Source of the DNA: an uncultured bacterium
Lineage (GTDB): Bacteria > Chlamydiota > Chlamydiia > Chlamydiales > SM23-39
Length of the DNA stretch: 64,000 nt
Reading direction: 5' to 3'
Assembly (NCBI GenBank): GCA_964466185.1
Contig: CAYXMS010000001.1
Location: 2,284 to 66,283 of the forward strand
A program made the translations under genes and the position numbers. The notes below the pieces were generated by a model. It saw nothing but the letters and a program-made list of their open reading frames with translations. It was not told the DNA's origin and made no database searches. Positions within the stretch are counted from its first letter, which is position 1. Every line of letters begins with the position of its first letter. Of this stretch, positions 29,626 to 38,470 are shown one piece after another.

Positions 29626-31551
29626 ATGAAAGTACATGTCGACGGTTCAGAAATACAAATCCAAGAAGGGGCCTCAGCTCTAGAACTGGCTAGAAAATTG
29701 AATTTTTCAGCTCCCGACCAGGCTTTGGCCGCTTATATCAATGGAGAACTCAAAGACCTGACACATGTTCTTTCCGATCAAGACCGGATTAAATTTGTTA
29801 ATTTTGAAGAAAAAGAGGGTAAAAAAATTTTTTGGCATTCTTCCGCCCACGTTTTAGCCCAAGCCATAAAAAGACTGTGGCCAAAAGCAGAGCCGACAAT
29901 TGGTCCTCCCATTGAACAGGGCTTTTATTATGATTTTGCCAACCTGGACATTTCTGAAAAAGATTTCACTTTGATCGAAAAAGAAGTCAAAAAAATTATT
30001 GCTGAAAACTATAAACCAGAAAAAATAATTTTTAAAAATTCCCAGGAAGCCATCCATCATTTTGGAGACAACAAATACAAAACAGAACTAATTGAAGAAT
30101 ACAAAAAAGATGTCCTAACAGCTTATCGGCAAGGGGAATTTACCGATCTTTGCCGGGGACCGCATCTGCCCCAGCTTTCTAAAATCAAAGCTTTTAAAAT
30201 CCTGAAAACCTCCGGAGCATACTGGCGGGGAGATTCTAAAAATGAAATGCTGACCCGCATTTATGCAATCTCTTTCCCAGAAAAACAAAAACTGCAAGAA
30301 TTTTTAAAAATGGTGGAAGAGGCACAAAAAAGAGACCATCGCAAACTAGGGCAAGAACTTGACCTTTTTTCCCTTAAAGAAGAAGCCCCCGGCATGCCCT
30401 TCATTCATCCAAAAGGCATGTTTATTTGGAACGCTCTTTTAAATTTTATGCACGAAAGCATTCAAAAACTGGGATATTTGGAGATCAAAACCCCCATTTT
30501 AATGTCCAAAGAACTATGGGAGCGCTCAGGCCATTGGTATCATTATAAAGAAAATATGTATATTTCCGAGGTCGACGAAAAAGAATATGCCGTCAAACCC
30601 ATGAACTGTCCAGGCTGCATGCTTTTTTATCTTTCCCGCCACCACAGCTACCGCGAGCTGCCTCTGAAAATTTCCGAAATCGGCCTTGTCCACAGACATG
30701 AACTGTCCGGTTCTTTAAACGGCATGTTCCGCGTCCGCTGTTTTTATCAAGACGATGCACATGTATTTATGGAAAAAAAAGATATTAAAGATCAAATCTT
30801 GGAACTGCTGAATCTGGCAGAACACATTTATATGACCTTCGGTCTTTCTTATAAAATTGAACTGTCCACCCGTCCTGAAAAAGAAAAAACCATCGGTACA
30901 GATGAAGATTGGGAAATTGCCACCAAAGGACTCAAAGACGCTTTGGACGAATGGGGACATTCCTATCAAATCAATGCAGGGGACGGCGCTTTTTATGGCC
31001 CCAAAATAGATTTACACATTAAAGATGCCCTTGGCCGTTATTGGCAATGCGGTACGATCCAGCTCGACATGTCTTTGCCGGAAAAGTTTGATTTAGAATA
31101 CACAGCCAGCTCCGGAGAGAAAAAAAGACCGGTTATGCTGCACCGGGCTTTATATGGGTCTGTTGATCGTTTCCTTGGTATTTTAATCGAGCATTTTGCC
31201 GGCAAATTCCCCCTATGGCTCAGTCCACTGCCCATCATGATTGTTCCGGTTGCCGACCGCCATTTTAAATATGCGCAAAAAGTAGCTGAAAAAATTAAAC
31301 AAGAGGGCTTTTTAGTTGAAGTAGACCTGTCGCATGAATCTGTTTCTAAAAAAATCCGCACTGCGCAAATGCAAAAAGCCAATTATATGCTGACCATTGG
31401 AGATGTCGAAGAAAAAAATCAAACTTTAGCCTTGAGAACCAGAGACGGCCATCAGGTAAAAGATCTAAAACTCGAAACCTTTTTGCAAAAAATTAAAACA
31501 GAAAAACAAAACAAAGCTTTAATGTCTTCTTTTTCAACAAAAACAGCTTAG
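29626..31551 (+). CDS. thrS: threonyl-tRNA synthetase
   Basis: 641 aa with an N-terminal TGS-like domain, the editing-domain HSSAHVLAQA, class II core RHELSGSLNGMFRVRCFYQDDAHVF, and a C-terminal anticodon-binding domain. Confidence 0.97.
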   Translation: MKVHVDGSEIQIQEGASALELARKLNFSAPDQALAAYINGELKDLTHVLSDQDRIKFVNFEEKEGKKIFWHSSAHVLAQAIKRLWPKAEPTIGPPIEQGFYYDFANLDISEKDFTLIEKEVKKIIAENYKPEKIIFKNSQEAIHHFGDNKYKTELIEEYKKDVLTAYRQGEFTDLCRGPHLPQLSKIKAFKILKTSGAYWRGDSKNEMLTRIYAISFPEKQKLQEFLKMVEEAQKRDHRKLGQELDLFSLKEEAPGMPFIHPKGMFIWNALLNFMHESIQKLGYLEIKTPILMSKELWERSGHWYHYKENMYISEVDEKEYAVKPMNCPGCMLFYLSRHHSYRELPLKISEIGLVHRHELSGSLNGMFRVRCFYQDDAHVFMEKKDIKDQILELLNLAEHIYMTFGLSYKIELSTRPEKEKTIGTDEDWEIATKGLKDALDEWGHSYQINAGDGAFYGPKIDLHIKDALGRYWQCGTIQLDMSLPEKFDLEYTASSGEKKRPVMLHRALYGSVDRFLGILIEHFAGKFPLWLSPLPIMIVPVADRHFKYAQKVAEKIKQEGFLVEVDLSHESVSKKIRTAQMQKANYMLTIGDVEEKNQTLALRTRDGHQVKDLKLETFLQKIKTEKQNKALMSSFSTKTA

Positions 31552-31680
31552 GAATATTTTTTATTCCAGTTTTATTTTCCAAAAAGTCATTGACAATCCT
31601 TTCCCAGTCAAATTATTCTTAAGCCTAATTAAATAACACCAAACAAAGTAAAGCTGCTTTACATTAGGAGAATTATAGAT

Positions 31681-32430
31681 ATGGGAAGATTTGAATCTCT
31701 TTTAAACTTCAAGTTTAAAAATAAAAAAACACAAAACAATACAGCAGTAATCGAACCGCCTAAAAAAGAAACCGCTGTTTTTTCACCAAACTCTAAAGTT
31801 TTAAATAAAATCCCCCTTTCAGAAAATGAAAAAAACGGTATTTTCGATATTTTAAAAGAGTTTCAATCTTTTGAAGAATACGACACCCAACAAGACTATC
31901 AAGATCTTTTAACTATTACCTCTGAAGTTAAAGCCATTACTAATCAAGCAGTTATGTTGCATGGGGCCAGAATAAAAAAAGCCCAGACCATCTTAAAAAA
32001 TTACAAAGAAGGCGCTTTTTCAGCCTGGTTGATTTCTATTTACGGCAATCGGCAAACTCCCTACAACTTTTTGCAATACTATGAATTTTATACTTCTATC
32101 CCGCAGGATTTGCATCCTGTTTTAGATTCCATGCCCAGACAGGCTGTTTATACCTTGGCTTCTAGGGCGGGGGAATTGGAAAGAAAAGAAAAAATTGTTC
32201 AAAAATACAAAGGGGAAACAAAGCAGGAAATCCTACAAATTATTCGCAAAGAATTTCCCCTGGACCGCGACGATAAACGGCTGCCCAACTTAGCCAACCA
32301 GTCTATAGTTTCCCTAAAAAGACTAGGGGATTTAGTGTCTCACGATCTTTTTGATCCTACAGAAAGCCAACTCAAAATACTTCTACAGCTTCTCAAAGAG
32401 ATTGCAGCAGAAGTAAAAAATCATAGCTGA
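31681..32430 (+). CDS. chlamydial plasmid pGP6-D-related protein (chromosomal paralog)
   Basis: 249 aa. The central block AFSAWLISIYGNRQTPYNFLQYYEFYTSIPQDLHPVLDSMPRQAVYTLASRAGELERKEKIV matches my memory of pGP6-D (FSSWIELVF..SSAYNALAYYELFINLP....IPYKSAYILAARKGDLKTK). The position after thrS matches C. trachomatis synteny. Confidence 0.55.
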   Translation: MGRFESLLNFKFKNKKTQNNTAVIEPPKKETAVFSPNSKVLNKIPLSENEKNGIFDILKEFQSFEEYDTQQDYQDLLTITSEVKAITNQAVMLHGARIKKAQTILKNYKEGAFSAWLISIYGNRQTPYNFLQYYEFYTSIPQDLHPVLDSMPRQAVYTLASRAGELERKEKIVQKYKGETKQEILQIIRKEFPLDRDDKRLPNLANQSIVSLKRLGDLVSHDLFDPTESQLKILLQLLKEIAAEVKNHS

Positions 32431-32522
32431 AAAATTAAAAATCTTTCTTTAAAAAAGTTTTCTGGATTAATATAAAAGAAAAATAAAAAAATATTTTTCT
32501 TTGAAAAAATAAGGAGAAATCA

Positions 32523-32942
32523 ATGAATGCTCCCGCTCTTCCTTCTTTAGAAGAAGTCCAAAATTTTTTAAAAAAATACATAGAAAACCAGAAAAAAATA
32601 TATGAAAATTTTCTTCGAGCAGTAAACAATAAATCTAGAGAAATATTAACAGCTGACGATCCCAAAAAACAGGCAAAACTAGAGAAGCTTTTAAAAAAAT
32701 ACCATAAGTACTTAAAAAAAGGCTGCGACAACCTGAAAAAACAATGCGAAACAGGGGAAAAATTATTTGAAGATTCTCAGAAACTCGAAAAAGAGGCCAG
32801 TTCCCAGACCATTAAAATTTTAAGCCGTTTCCAAGACAAAATTAACTCTTTGAATAAAGAATGGGACAAAATTAAAATAGAAGTCTCTCTTTTAGAAAAT
32901 GAAATTGTAAGCCTGATTCCTCCCCAAATAAAAGCACAGTAA
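32523..32942 (+). CDS. hypothetical coiled-coil protein
   Basis: 139 aa, Lys/Glu-rich heptad-like sequence, with an AAGGAGA SD upstream. No recognisable domain. Confidence 0.45.
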   Translation: MNAPALPSLEEVQNFLKKYIENQKKIYENFLRAVNNKSREILTADDPKKQAKLEKLLKKYHKYLKKGCDNLKKQCETGEKLFEDSQKLEKEASSQTIKILSRFQDKINSLNKEWDKIKIEVSLLENEIVSLIPPQIKAQ

Positions 32943-32959
32943 GTCGAGCTTGTTAAGTT

Positions 32960-33358
32960 TTAAAAGGCCTGTAAATCTTTATCAGCCATTTTTTTTAAAG
33001 TAAGAGCCCAGCTGCGAGCAGAAAAAATAAAAAGTCTGATTGCCTTGTCTAAAGAAATTGCCGTATTTATGCTTGTTTTTTGTATAAGTTTTATACATAT
33101 TTTTTTTTCGTCTATAGACAATTCAAAAGTCTTGTTCGTGTTTGTTTTTAATTGTTGTATAGCATCTTTGATAATCAGGGGAATAAATTCTTTTTCCGAA
33201 AAAACTACCGTATTCAATTCCAAGGTCTCTTGTTGTCGATCTTTGATCAAATAAATCAACATGCCTCTATAGCAAATCTCTTGCACATCATTTTGAGAGC
33301 CCAAAAAATGTCTTAAATCAGAATCGGCAAAAGTAAATTTTCTCATTTTATTAAGCAC
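32960..33358 (-). CDS. hypothetical protein (size and charge compatible with a secretion chaperone, unproven)
   Basis: 132-aa ORF with no recognisable motif. Confidence 0.35.
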   Translation of the reverse strand: MLNKMRKFTFADSDLRHFLGSQNDVQEICYRGMLIYLIKDRQQETLELNTVVFSEKEFIPLIIKDAIQQLKTNTNKTFELSIDEKKICIKLIQKTSINTAISLDKAIRLFIFSARSWALTLKKMADKDLQAF

Positions 33359-33505
33359 CTTGGATTTTACCGCCTCAAAAAAGATTTTTACAACGCGGGT
33401 TTAAATTATTTTTTAAAACAATTAAATATAACTATTATTTAACTATCTGTTTAAAAACTAATATAATTAATAACCTATTATTATAAAGGAAATGATAACA
33501 AAAAA

Positions 33506-33718
33506 CTACTGTTTTATTTTTTGTAAAAGTTCTTTATAGATTTCTACAATCATAGTATGTATTTCCATGATAGAAAAACATGAATCTGTTGTTTTTTGCA
33601 TTTTTTTTGAAAGCTCTTCTAAAAAAAACTTGTCGTCTACCTTTTCCATAATATTTTGATGCTCTGTCAAATATTTTTCTAAAGCATGTTTTAAAGATTT
33701 TTTTTGTTTTTGTTCCAT
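33506..33718 (-). CDS. small helical hypothetical protein
   Basis: 70-aa ORF directly upstream of the MFS gene on the same strand. Confidence 0.3.
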   Translation of the reverse strand: MEQKQKKSLKHALEKYLTEHQNIMEKVDDKFFLEELSKKMQKTTDSCFSIMEIHTMIVEIYKELLQKIKQ

Positions 33719-33723
33719 ATTAT

Positions 33724-34965
33724 TTAAAGATGACTCCTAAAATTAAATTTAACATATAAAACAACCCCGAATAAACTCGAAGCAGCCGCTAAAATGTAGG
33801 GAGTGGCCGAAGAAAGGACATAAATACAGCCCCCTACAATGGAGGACAGTCCCATAGCCAAAGAAAGGATCGACTGGCCTATACCCAAAACCTTTCCCTG
33901 CATATGTTCAGAAAAACGGGAAGATATCAAGCCCGTGCAAATAGGCCAAGAAACACCTCCGATCACGCCGCAAAAGCCTAAAACAATAACTACGGTATAA
34001 ACATTGTGTGAAAACCCAATCAGACAATTTAAACAAGTAAAAATTAACAGAGCCACTTCTAGAATTTTTACAGAATCGAATTTTTTCATTAGAATACGGT
34101 TCAAATAACCAGATCCAAAAGCCCACATAAGCCCCATAAAAGCCGCTAAATCTCCAATATGAGAACGGCTGAAATCAAATCTTTTAATAACCAGAACAGG
34201 AGACAGCTGAAAAACCAAAGTCCAGGCAAACAGGAAAAAAAAGTAAATTAAAAACAGCATTTTAGCTTTTTTGGTTTCCAAAGCTTTAACTATGTTTTCA
34301 ATACTTTCAAAAATCCTGAATTTGACTTTTTGTTTTAAAGGGGAAGTCTCAAAAAAGAAGAAAAACACAAACACAAAATTTATCAAGGATAATACTGTCG
34401 CCAACCAAAGAGGAGAGGCCAGATCAAGCCAAGACCACAAAGTTGAATCAGTTAATTTTCCTCCTAAAAAAGTACCGCCAATAAAAGCCAGCCCTCCCAA
34501 TAAAGACAAATATCCAAAACGTTTGGCCTTGTTCACCTCTTCCAAAGTTAAATCCGCAATGCTGGCCATACAAATCGAGACGTTGCCTGAAAAAAGGCCA
34601 GTTATAAACCTACCCAAAAATAACATGGTCAGCCATCCTGCAGTTATGCTAAAAGCCGTTAAAGCATAACCTGCAAAAGTAAACCCGATAGTAATCAAAA
34701 GCGCTTTTTTTCTGCCGACAAGATCGGCAAAATCCCCAATAATCGGCGAGGCCAAAAACTGCATTAAAGGATAAATAGCTAAAAAAAAGCCAAAAAAAAC
34801 AGTTTTACTGTCAATGCTCAAATGATTCAAAAAACTAAAAGTTTTTTCTTCCAAAAATAAAGGAGCAAATAAAGGAAAAACAATAGACCACCCTAAATAA
34901 TCAAGAAAATAAGTTAAATGAATGGCCGACAAAGACAGCTTTCTTTTATACCCACGCAAACCCAA
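33724..34965 (-). CDS. MFS transporter (drug/H+ antiporter-like)
   Basis: 413 aa with about 12 hydrophobic segments and MFS motif A GDFADLVGRKKALLI. Confidence 0.8.
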   Translation of the reverse strand: MGLRGYKRKLSLSAIHLTYFLDYLGWSIVFPLFAPLFLEEKTFSFLNHLSIDSKTVFFGFFLAIYPLMQFLASPIIGDFADLVGRKKALLITIGFTFAGYALTAFSITAGWLTMLFLGRFITGLFSGNVSICMASIADLTLEEVNKAKRFGYLSLLGGLAFIGGTFLGGKLTDSTLWSWLDLASPLWLATVLSLINFVFVFFFFFETSPLKQKVKFRIFESIENIVKALETKKAKMLFLIYFFFLFAWTLVFQLSPVLVIKRFDFSRSHIGDLAAFMGLMWAFGSGYLNRILMKKFDSVKILEVALLIFTCLNCLIGFSHNVYTVVIVLGFCGVIGGVSWPICTGLISSRFSEHMQGKVLGIGQSILSLAMGLSSIVGGCIYVLSSATPYILAAASSLFGVVLYVKFNFRSHL

Positions 34966-35000
34966 TCCGCTCCTTGAAAAGTTTAAAACTTTTTTACCCT

Positions 35001-35690
35001 CTAAAGGATTTGCCAGTCAATAGGTTTTTTTCCATTTTTAATCAAAAATTGATTTGTCTTGGAAAAATGTTTGCAGCCAAAAAAATTGGCCGCAGAATAA
35101 AACGAAGGATGGGCCGCCTGCAACACCAGATGGGGATGTTCAGAAATTCCAGCAAAAACCCTGAGCACTTTCTCTTTAGCTGATTTTCCCCATAAAAGAA
35201 AAACAACCGGGTCTTTTTTTCGGGCTATGTTTTCCACAATCTTATCAGTAAAAAGTTCCCAACCTTTACCATAATGAGAAAGCGGGGTTTTGGCTCTTAC
35301 GGTTAAAGTGGCATTTAAAAGCAAAACCCCTTGTTTCGCCCAAAAAGTTAAATCCCCAGTTGAAGGTGTTTTGATGCCGATATCAGCTCTTAGCTCTTTA
35401 AAAACATTTCTTAAAGAAGGTGGGAGGGTTATGTTTCGGGGCACGCTAAAGCAAAGACCATGAGACTGACCTGCCCCATGATACGGATCCTGGCCGATAA
35501 TCACCACCTTCACCTCGTCAAAAGGAGTCTGATAAAGAGCATTAAAAATCAAAGGCTCCGGAGGATAGATGGTTTGTTTTTCTTTTTTTTCCTGCAAAAT
35601 AAATTTTTTCAAATCAAGCATATAAGGAGCTGAAAACTCACGTTTTAACACTTTCATCCAGCTTGGGTGAATCAAGATTCTATTTTTCAC
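35001..35690 (-). CDS. ung: uracil-DNA glycosylase (family 1)
   Basis: Motifs: VVIIGQDPYHGAGQSHGLCFSV, GVLLLNATLTV and AAHPSFYSA. I start at the GTG at 35690 (GGGG 7 nt upstream), which gives a typical 229 aa. The track start at 35783 is a TTG. Confidence 0.9.
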   Translation of the reverse strand: MKNRILIHPSWMKVLKREFSAPYMLDLKKFILQEKKEKQTIYPPEPLIFNALYQTPFDEVKVVIIGQDPYHGAGQSHGLCFSVPRNITLPPSLRNVFKELRADIGIKTPSTGDLTFWAKQGVLLLNATLTVRAKTPLSHYGKGWELFTDKIVENIARKKDPVVFLLWGKSAKEKVLRVFAGISEHPHLVLQAAHPSFYSAANFFGCKHFSKTNQFLIKNGKKPIDWQIL

Positions 35691-35928
35691 AGACCAGCCC
35701 CTTTGAACCTCCCCATGCCCAAAGACAGAAAATTCCTGACGTAAGCTTACGCTTGCTCTTGTGGCCCGTTCCGAGCCCGGCAATAAGGGTTGTTCATTTT
35801 TTATAAAAATTAAAATTATAGCAAAAAGTCAAAAAATATCACAAAATATTAAAAGTCTAGAACCAAATAAAAATTGACGCCAAACCTTTTCATCTTTTAA
35901 TATTTCTTCTTCAAATACAGGAGAAAAA

Positions 35929-36204
35929 ATGGAAAACCTAGCTGAAAACAATTTAATTCGTTTTAAAAACATTAGCCGTAAAAAAGATTCAATTTATGCT
36001 AACTTTTCAGTTAAATGCATACGCGCCGGCATCATTTTAACAGCCAATATTTCTGTCGATATCGCTGCTTTGGAAATGCATCCTGGAGATACCCTGGAAA
36101 AAATTATTGAAAATTCTGCTAAAATCGCACTTAGAGAAATTAAAAAAGCAGAGTTTCAATTTGAAGATATGCCAACTAATCTGGGTGTAGCGCAGCTTGG
36201 CTAG
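35929..36204 (+). CDS. small hypothetical protein whose last 8 codons and stop lie inside tRNA-Pro
   Basis: 91 aa with a good SD (CAGGAGAAAAAATG). An upstream TTGACG-18 nt-TAATAT promoter-like pair is present. The coding status is unproven. Confidence 0.4.
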   Translation: MENLAENNLIRFKNISRKKDSIYANFSVKCIRAGIILTANISVDIAALEMHPGDTLEKIIENSAKIALREIKKAEFQFEDMPTNLGVAQLG

Positions 36205-36255
36205 CGTACTTGCATGGGGTGCAAGGGGTCGGAGGTTCGAATCCTCTCACCCAGA
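36181..36255 (+). tRNA. tRNA-Pro (anticodon GGG)
   Basis: Hand-folded cloverleaf: acceptor CTGGGTG/CACCCAG, D arm GCGC-AGCTTGGCTA-GCGT, anticodon arm CTTGC-ATGGGGT-GCAAG, T arm GGAGG-TTCGAAT-CCTCT, followed by a T-run. Confidence 0.9.
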
Positions 36256-36590
36256 TTTTTTTTAAAACAAAAATTAGTCTTTAATATATATTCTCATAAT
36301 TAAAGCCTTTGTCAGAGGCTTGTTAATTCTTCGTCCCAAACAACTCTGCATACAAAGCAGTTTATATTTTTTTTTTCAAAAAATAGCTTAAAAATATTTG
36401 TTCAAAACTTCGTCAACAAACCTTTCAAAACTTGGTTCAAAAGTCTGAAAATGTTTATAACTTAGACTTGTCTTCATTTTACAAACAAGTTATCAACATT
36501 TTTTTTAGCTATGAAGCTTCGCTTAATTTTGAACAAATCCACAGCTTAGAAAGAAGAAGAATATCTTTAATAAGTTTCTTTTTTATTTTT

Positions 36591-36626
36591 GTATAACTTA
36601 AGTTTTGGTAAGTTATACTTGTTTTT
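36591..36626 (+). terminator. hairpin + T-run (GTATAACTTA-AGTTTTGG-TAAGTTATAC-TTGTTTTT)
   Basis: Perfect 10-bp inverted repeat with an 8-nt loop, followed by TTGTTTTT. It lies in the 440-bp non-coding gap between tRNA-Pro and the next gene. Confidence 0.4.
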
Positions 36627-36695
36627 GAAAAAGCAGCTTTCCAAAAAACAACAGGCCTTACAATTAAAAAATCTTAAACGTAAAGGTTTTTATTT

Positions 36696-37454
36696 ATGCA
36701 GGATCTATTAAAAAACTTTTTCGAACTAGAAGATTTTTTACAACAAACACTTTTTGCAGAAAAAAATGCAGAAAAAAAACTTTTTTCAGCCTTAATCAAT
36801 TTACCCGAATTTTTAAAAACCCTGCCTCTTGGCCAAATTAATTCTAAAATTCCCGATGGGACTTTTTTAATTAATCCAGAAACTATTTTTATAGATAAAA
36901 ATGTACAGATAGACAGCGGATGTTTGATTCAGGGGCCATGTTATATTAGTCAAGATTGCGCAATTCGCCACGGAGCTTTTTTAAGAGGACCGGTGTTTTT
37001 GTCCAGAGGATGTGTTGTGGGCCATGCAACAGAAGTTAAAAATGCTGTTTTTTTAAAGCAGGCATCGGCCGCTCATTTTGCCTATGTCGGAGATTCTATT
37101 TTGGGGAAAAGGGTTAATTTGGGAGCGGGTGTGAAATGCGCTAATTTGAAACTGGATAAAACGCCGATTACTGTACACATTGAAAATCGGAAAATTCAAA
37201 CCGGTTTAACAAAATTAGGAGCTATTTTAGGAGATCATGTGCAAGTCGGTTGTAATAGCGTTTTAAACCCAGGGACTTTTGCGGCCAAAGCAGCCTTTAT
37301 TTACCCTAGTTTGAGTGTCGGGGGATACATACCCTCTTGCGCTGTTGTTAAGCCGTCTGCGGGCTTTAAAATTATAATTAGAAAAAATAAACAGAAGCTG
37401 TTTTCAGCAAAAAACAGGCCGGAAAAATTGTTAAAGCTAAAATGCCAAAATTAA
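36696..37454 (+). CDS. left-handed beta-helix (hexapeptide-repeat) transferase, GlmU C-terminal-domain-like
   Basis: Hexapeptide repeats: IDSGCLIQGPCYISQDCAIRHGAFLRGPVFLSRGCVVG...HFAYVGDSILGKRVNLGAGVKCANL...GAILGDHVQVGCNSVLNPG. Confidence 0.65.
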   Translation: MQDLLKNFFELEDFLQQTLFAEKNAEKKLFSALINLPEFLKTLPLGQINSKIPDGTFLINPETIFIDKNVQIDSGCLIQGPCYISQDCAIRHGAFLRGPVFLSRGCVVGHATEVKNAVFLKQASAAHFAYVGDSILGKRVNLGAGVKCANLKLDKTPITVHIENRKIQTGLTKLGAILGDHVQVGCNSVLNPGTFAAKAAFIYPSLSVGGYIPSCAVVKPSAGFKIIIRKNKQKLFSAKNRPEKLLKLKCQN

Positions 37455-38470
37455 AAAACACTTTCACAAAAGAACTTTTCACAAAAGAACTTTTCACAAA
37501 AGAACTTTTCACAAAAGAACTTTTCACAAAAGAACTTTTCGCAAAAGAACTTTTCGCAAAAGAACTTTTCGCAAAAGAACTTTTCGCAAAAGAAATCCAA
37601 AAATACATCCGTTCTTTTAAAGAAAAAAATCAATTGCAAAAAGCGGTTTCATATGCGCTTTTGTCAGGCGGAAAAAGACTGCGTCCTTTAATTGTTTTGT
37701 TAATAGCCGAATCAGTTAACAAAAAAGCTCCCGTTATGCCAAGCGCTTTGGCGGTTGAATTTTTCCATACAGCTTCTTTAATAGCCGATGATCTGCCCTG
37801 TATGGACAACGATGCTAAAAGAAGAAACAAACCCTCTTTACATAAAAAATTTGGAGAAAGCACGGCTATTTTAGCCAGCTATGCTTTAATCTCTGCCGGA
37901 TATAGCATGCTGTTCGAAAATGCTAAATTGCTGTCGCAAAAAAAAATAATAAGCGAAAATCAAGCTCATTTTTTATGCTCCCAAGCTTTAAAACAAGTAT
38001 CGGAAATAGCCGGAATCAATGGCGCCGTGGGCGGTCAGTTTTTAGATCTTTATCCCCCCAGTTTAAAAGAAACAACCGTTTTGAAAATTATCGAAAAAAA
38101 AACAGCTATGCTTTTTGAGCTGTCTTTCGGCCTCGGTTTTTTATTCGGCGGCGGTGATTTGAAGTTTTTAAAAGTAGTTAAAACATGCGGCAGTCACTTG
38201 GGTATGGCTTTTCAGCTGGCAGATGATCTCCATGATTTAAAACAGGATAAGAAAAATAAAACCGCTTCTGAAAAAAAATATACATATAGTCAGCATAAGC
38301 TTAAGGAAAGAAAAGCCAACGATGGCTTAAATGCAGCTTTGATTTTAGGAAAAGAAAAAACCAAGACTAGATTAAAATGGGAAATTAATAAATTTTTGGA
38401 AATAAAAAAGCTGGGACTTTTAACCCCAGCTTTAAATGCGCTTGCTTGTAAAATTAAAGACTTTGCTTAG
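37442..38470 (+). CDS. polyprenyl (farnesyl/geranylgeranyl) diphosphate synthase with repeat-expanded N-terminus
   Basis: [11 protein letters not shown], first Asp-rich motif [22 protein letters not shown], second Asp-rich motif FQLADDLHD. The N-terminus carries (FTKEL)5(FAKEL)3FAKEI. There is no in-frame ATG between the repeat and the catalytic core. Confidence 0.85.
   Translation: MPKLKNTFTKELFTKELFTKELFTKELFTKELFAKELFAKELFAKELFAKEIQKYIRSFKEKNQLQKAVSYALLSGGKRLRPLIVLLIAESVNKKAPVMPSALAVEFFHTASLIADDLPCMDNDAKRRNKPSLHKKFGESTAILASYALISAGYSMLFENAKLLSQKKIISENQAHFLCSQALKQVSEIAGINGAVGGQFLDLYPPSLKETTVLKIIEKKTAMLFELSFGLGFLFGGGDLKFLKVVKTCGSHLGMAFQLADDLHDLKQDKKNKTASEKKYTYSQHKLKERKANDGLNAALILGKEKTKTRLKWEINKFLEIKKLGLLTPALNALACKIKDFA
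37463..37597 (+). repeat. 15-bp tandem repeat x9 (5x TTCACAAAAGAACTT, 3x TTCGCAAAAGAACTT, then TTCGCAAAAGAAATC)
   Basis: Counted directly. The repeat is in frame with the synthase ORF and starts 9 nt after the stop of the upstream gene. Confidence 0.95.

Noticed and set aside
37378-37639. Minus-strand ORFs ([12 protein letters not shown]..., [10 protein letters not shown]...) and the possibility of a CRISPR-like array
   Set aside because: They are simply other frames of the 15-bp tandem repeat. The units are contiguous with no spacers, so this is not a CRISPR array.
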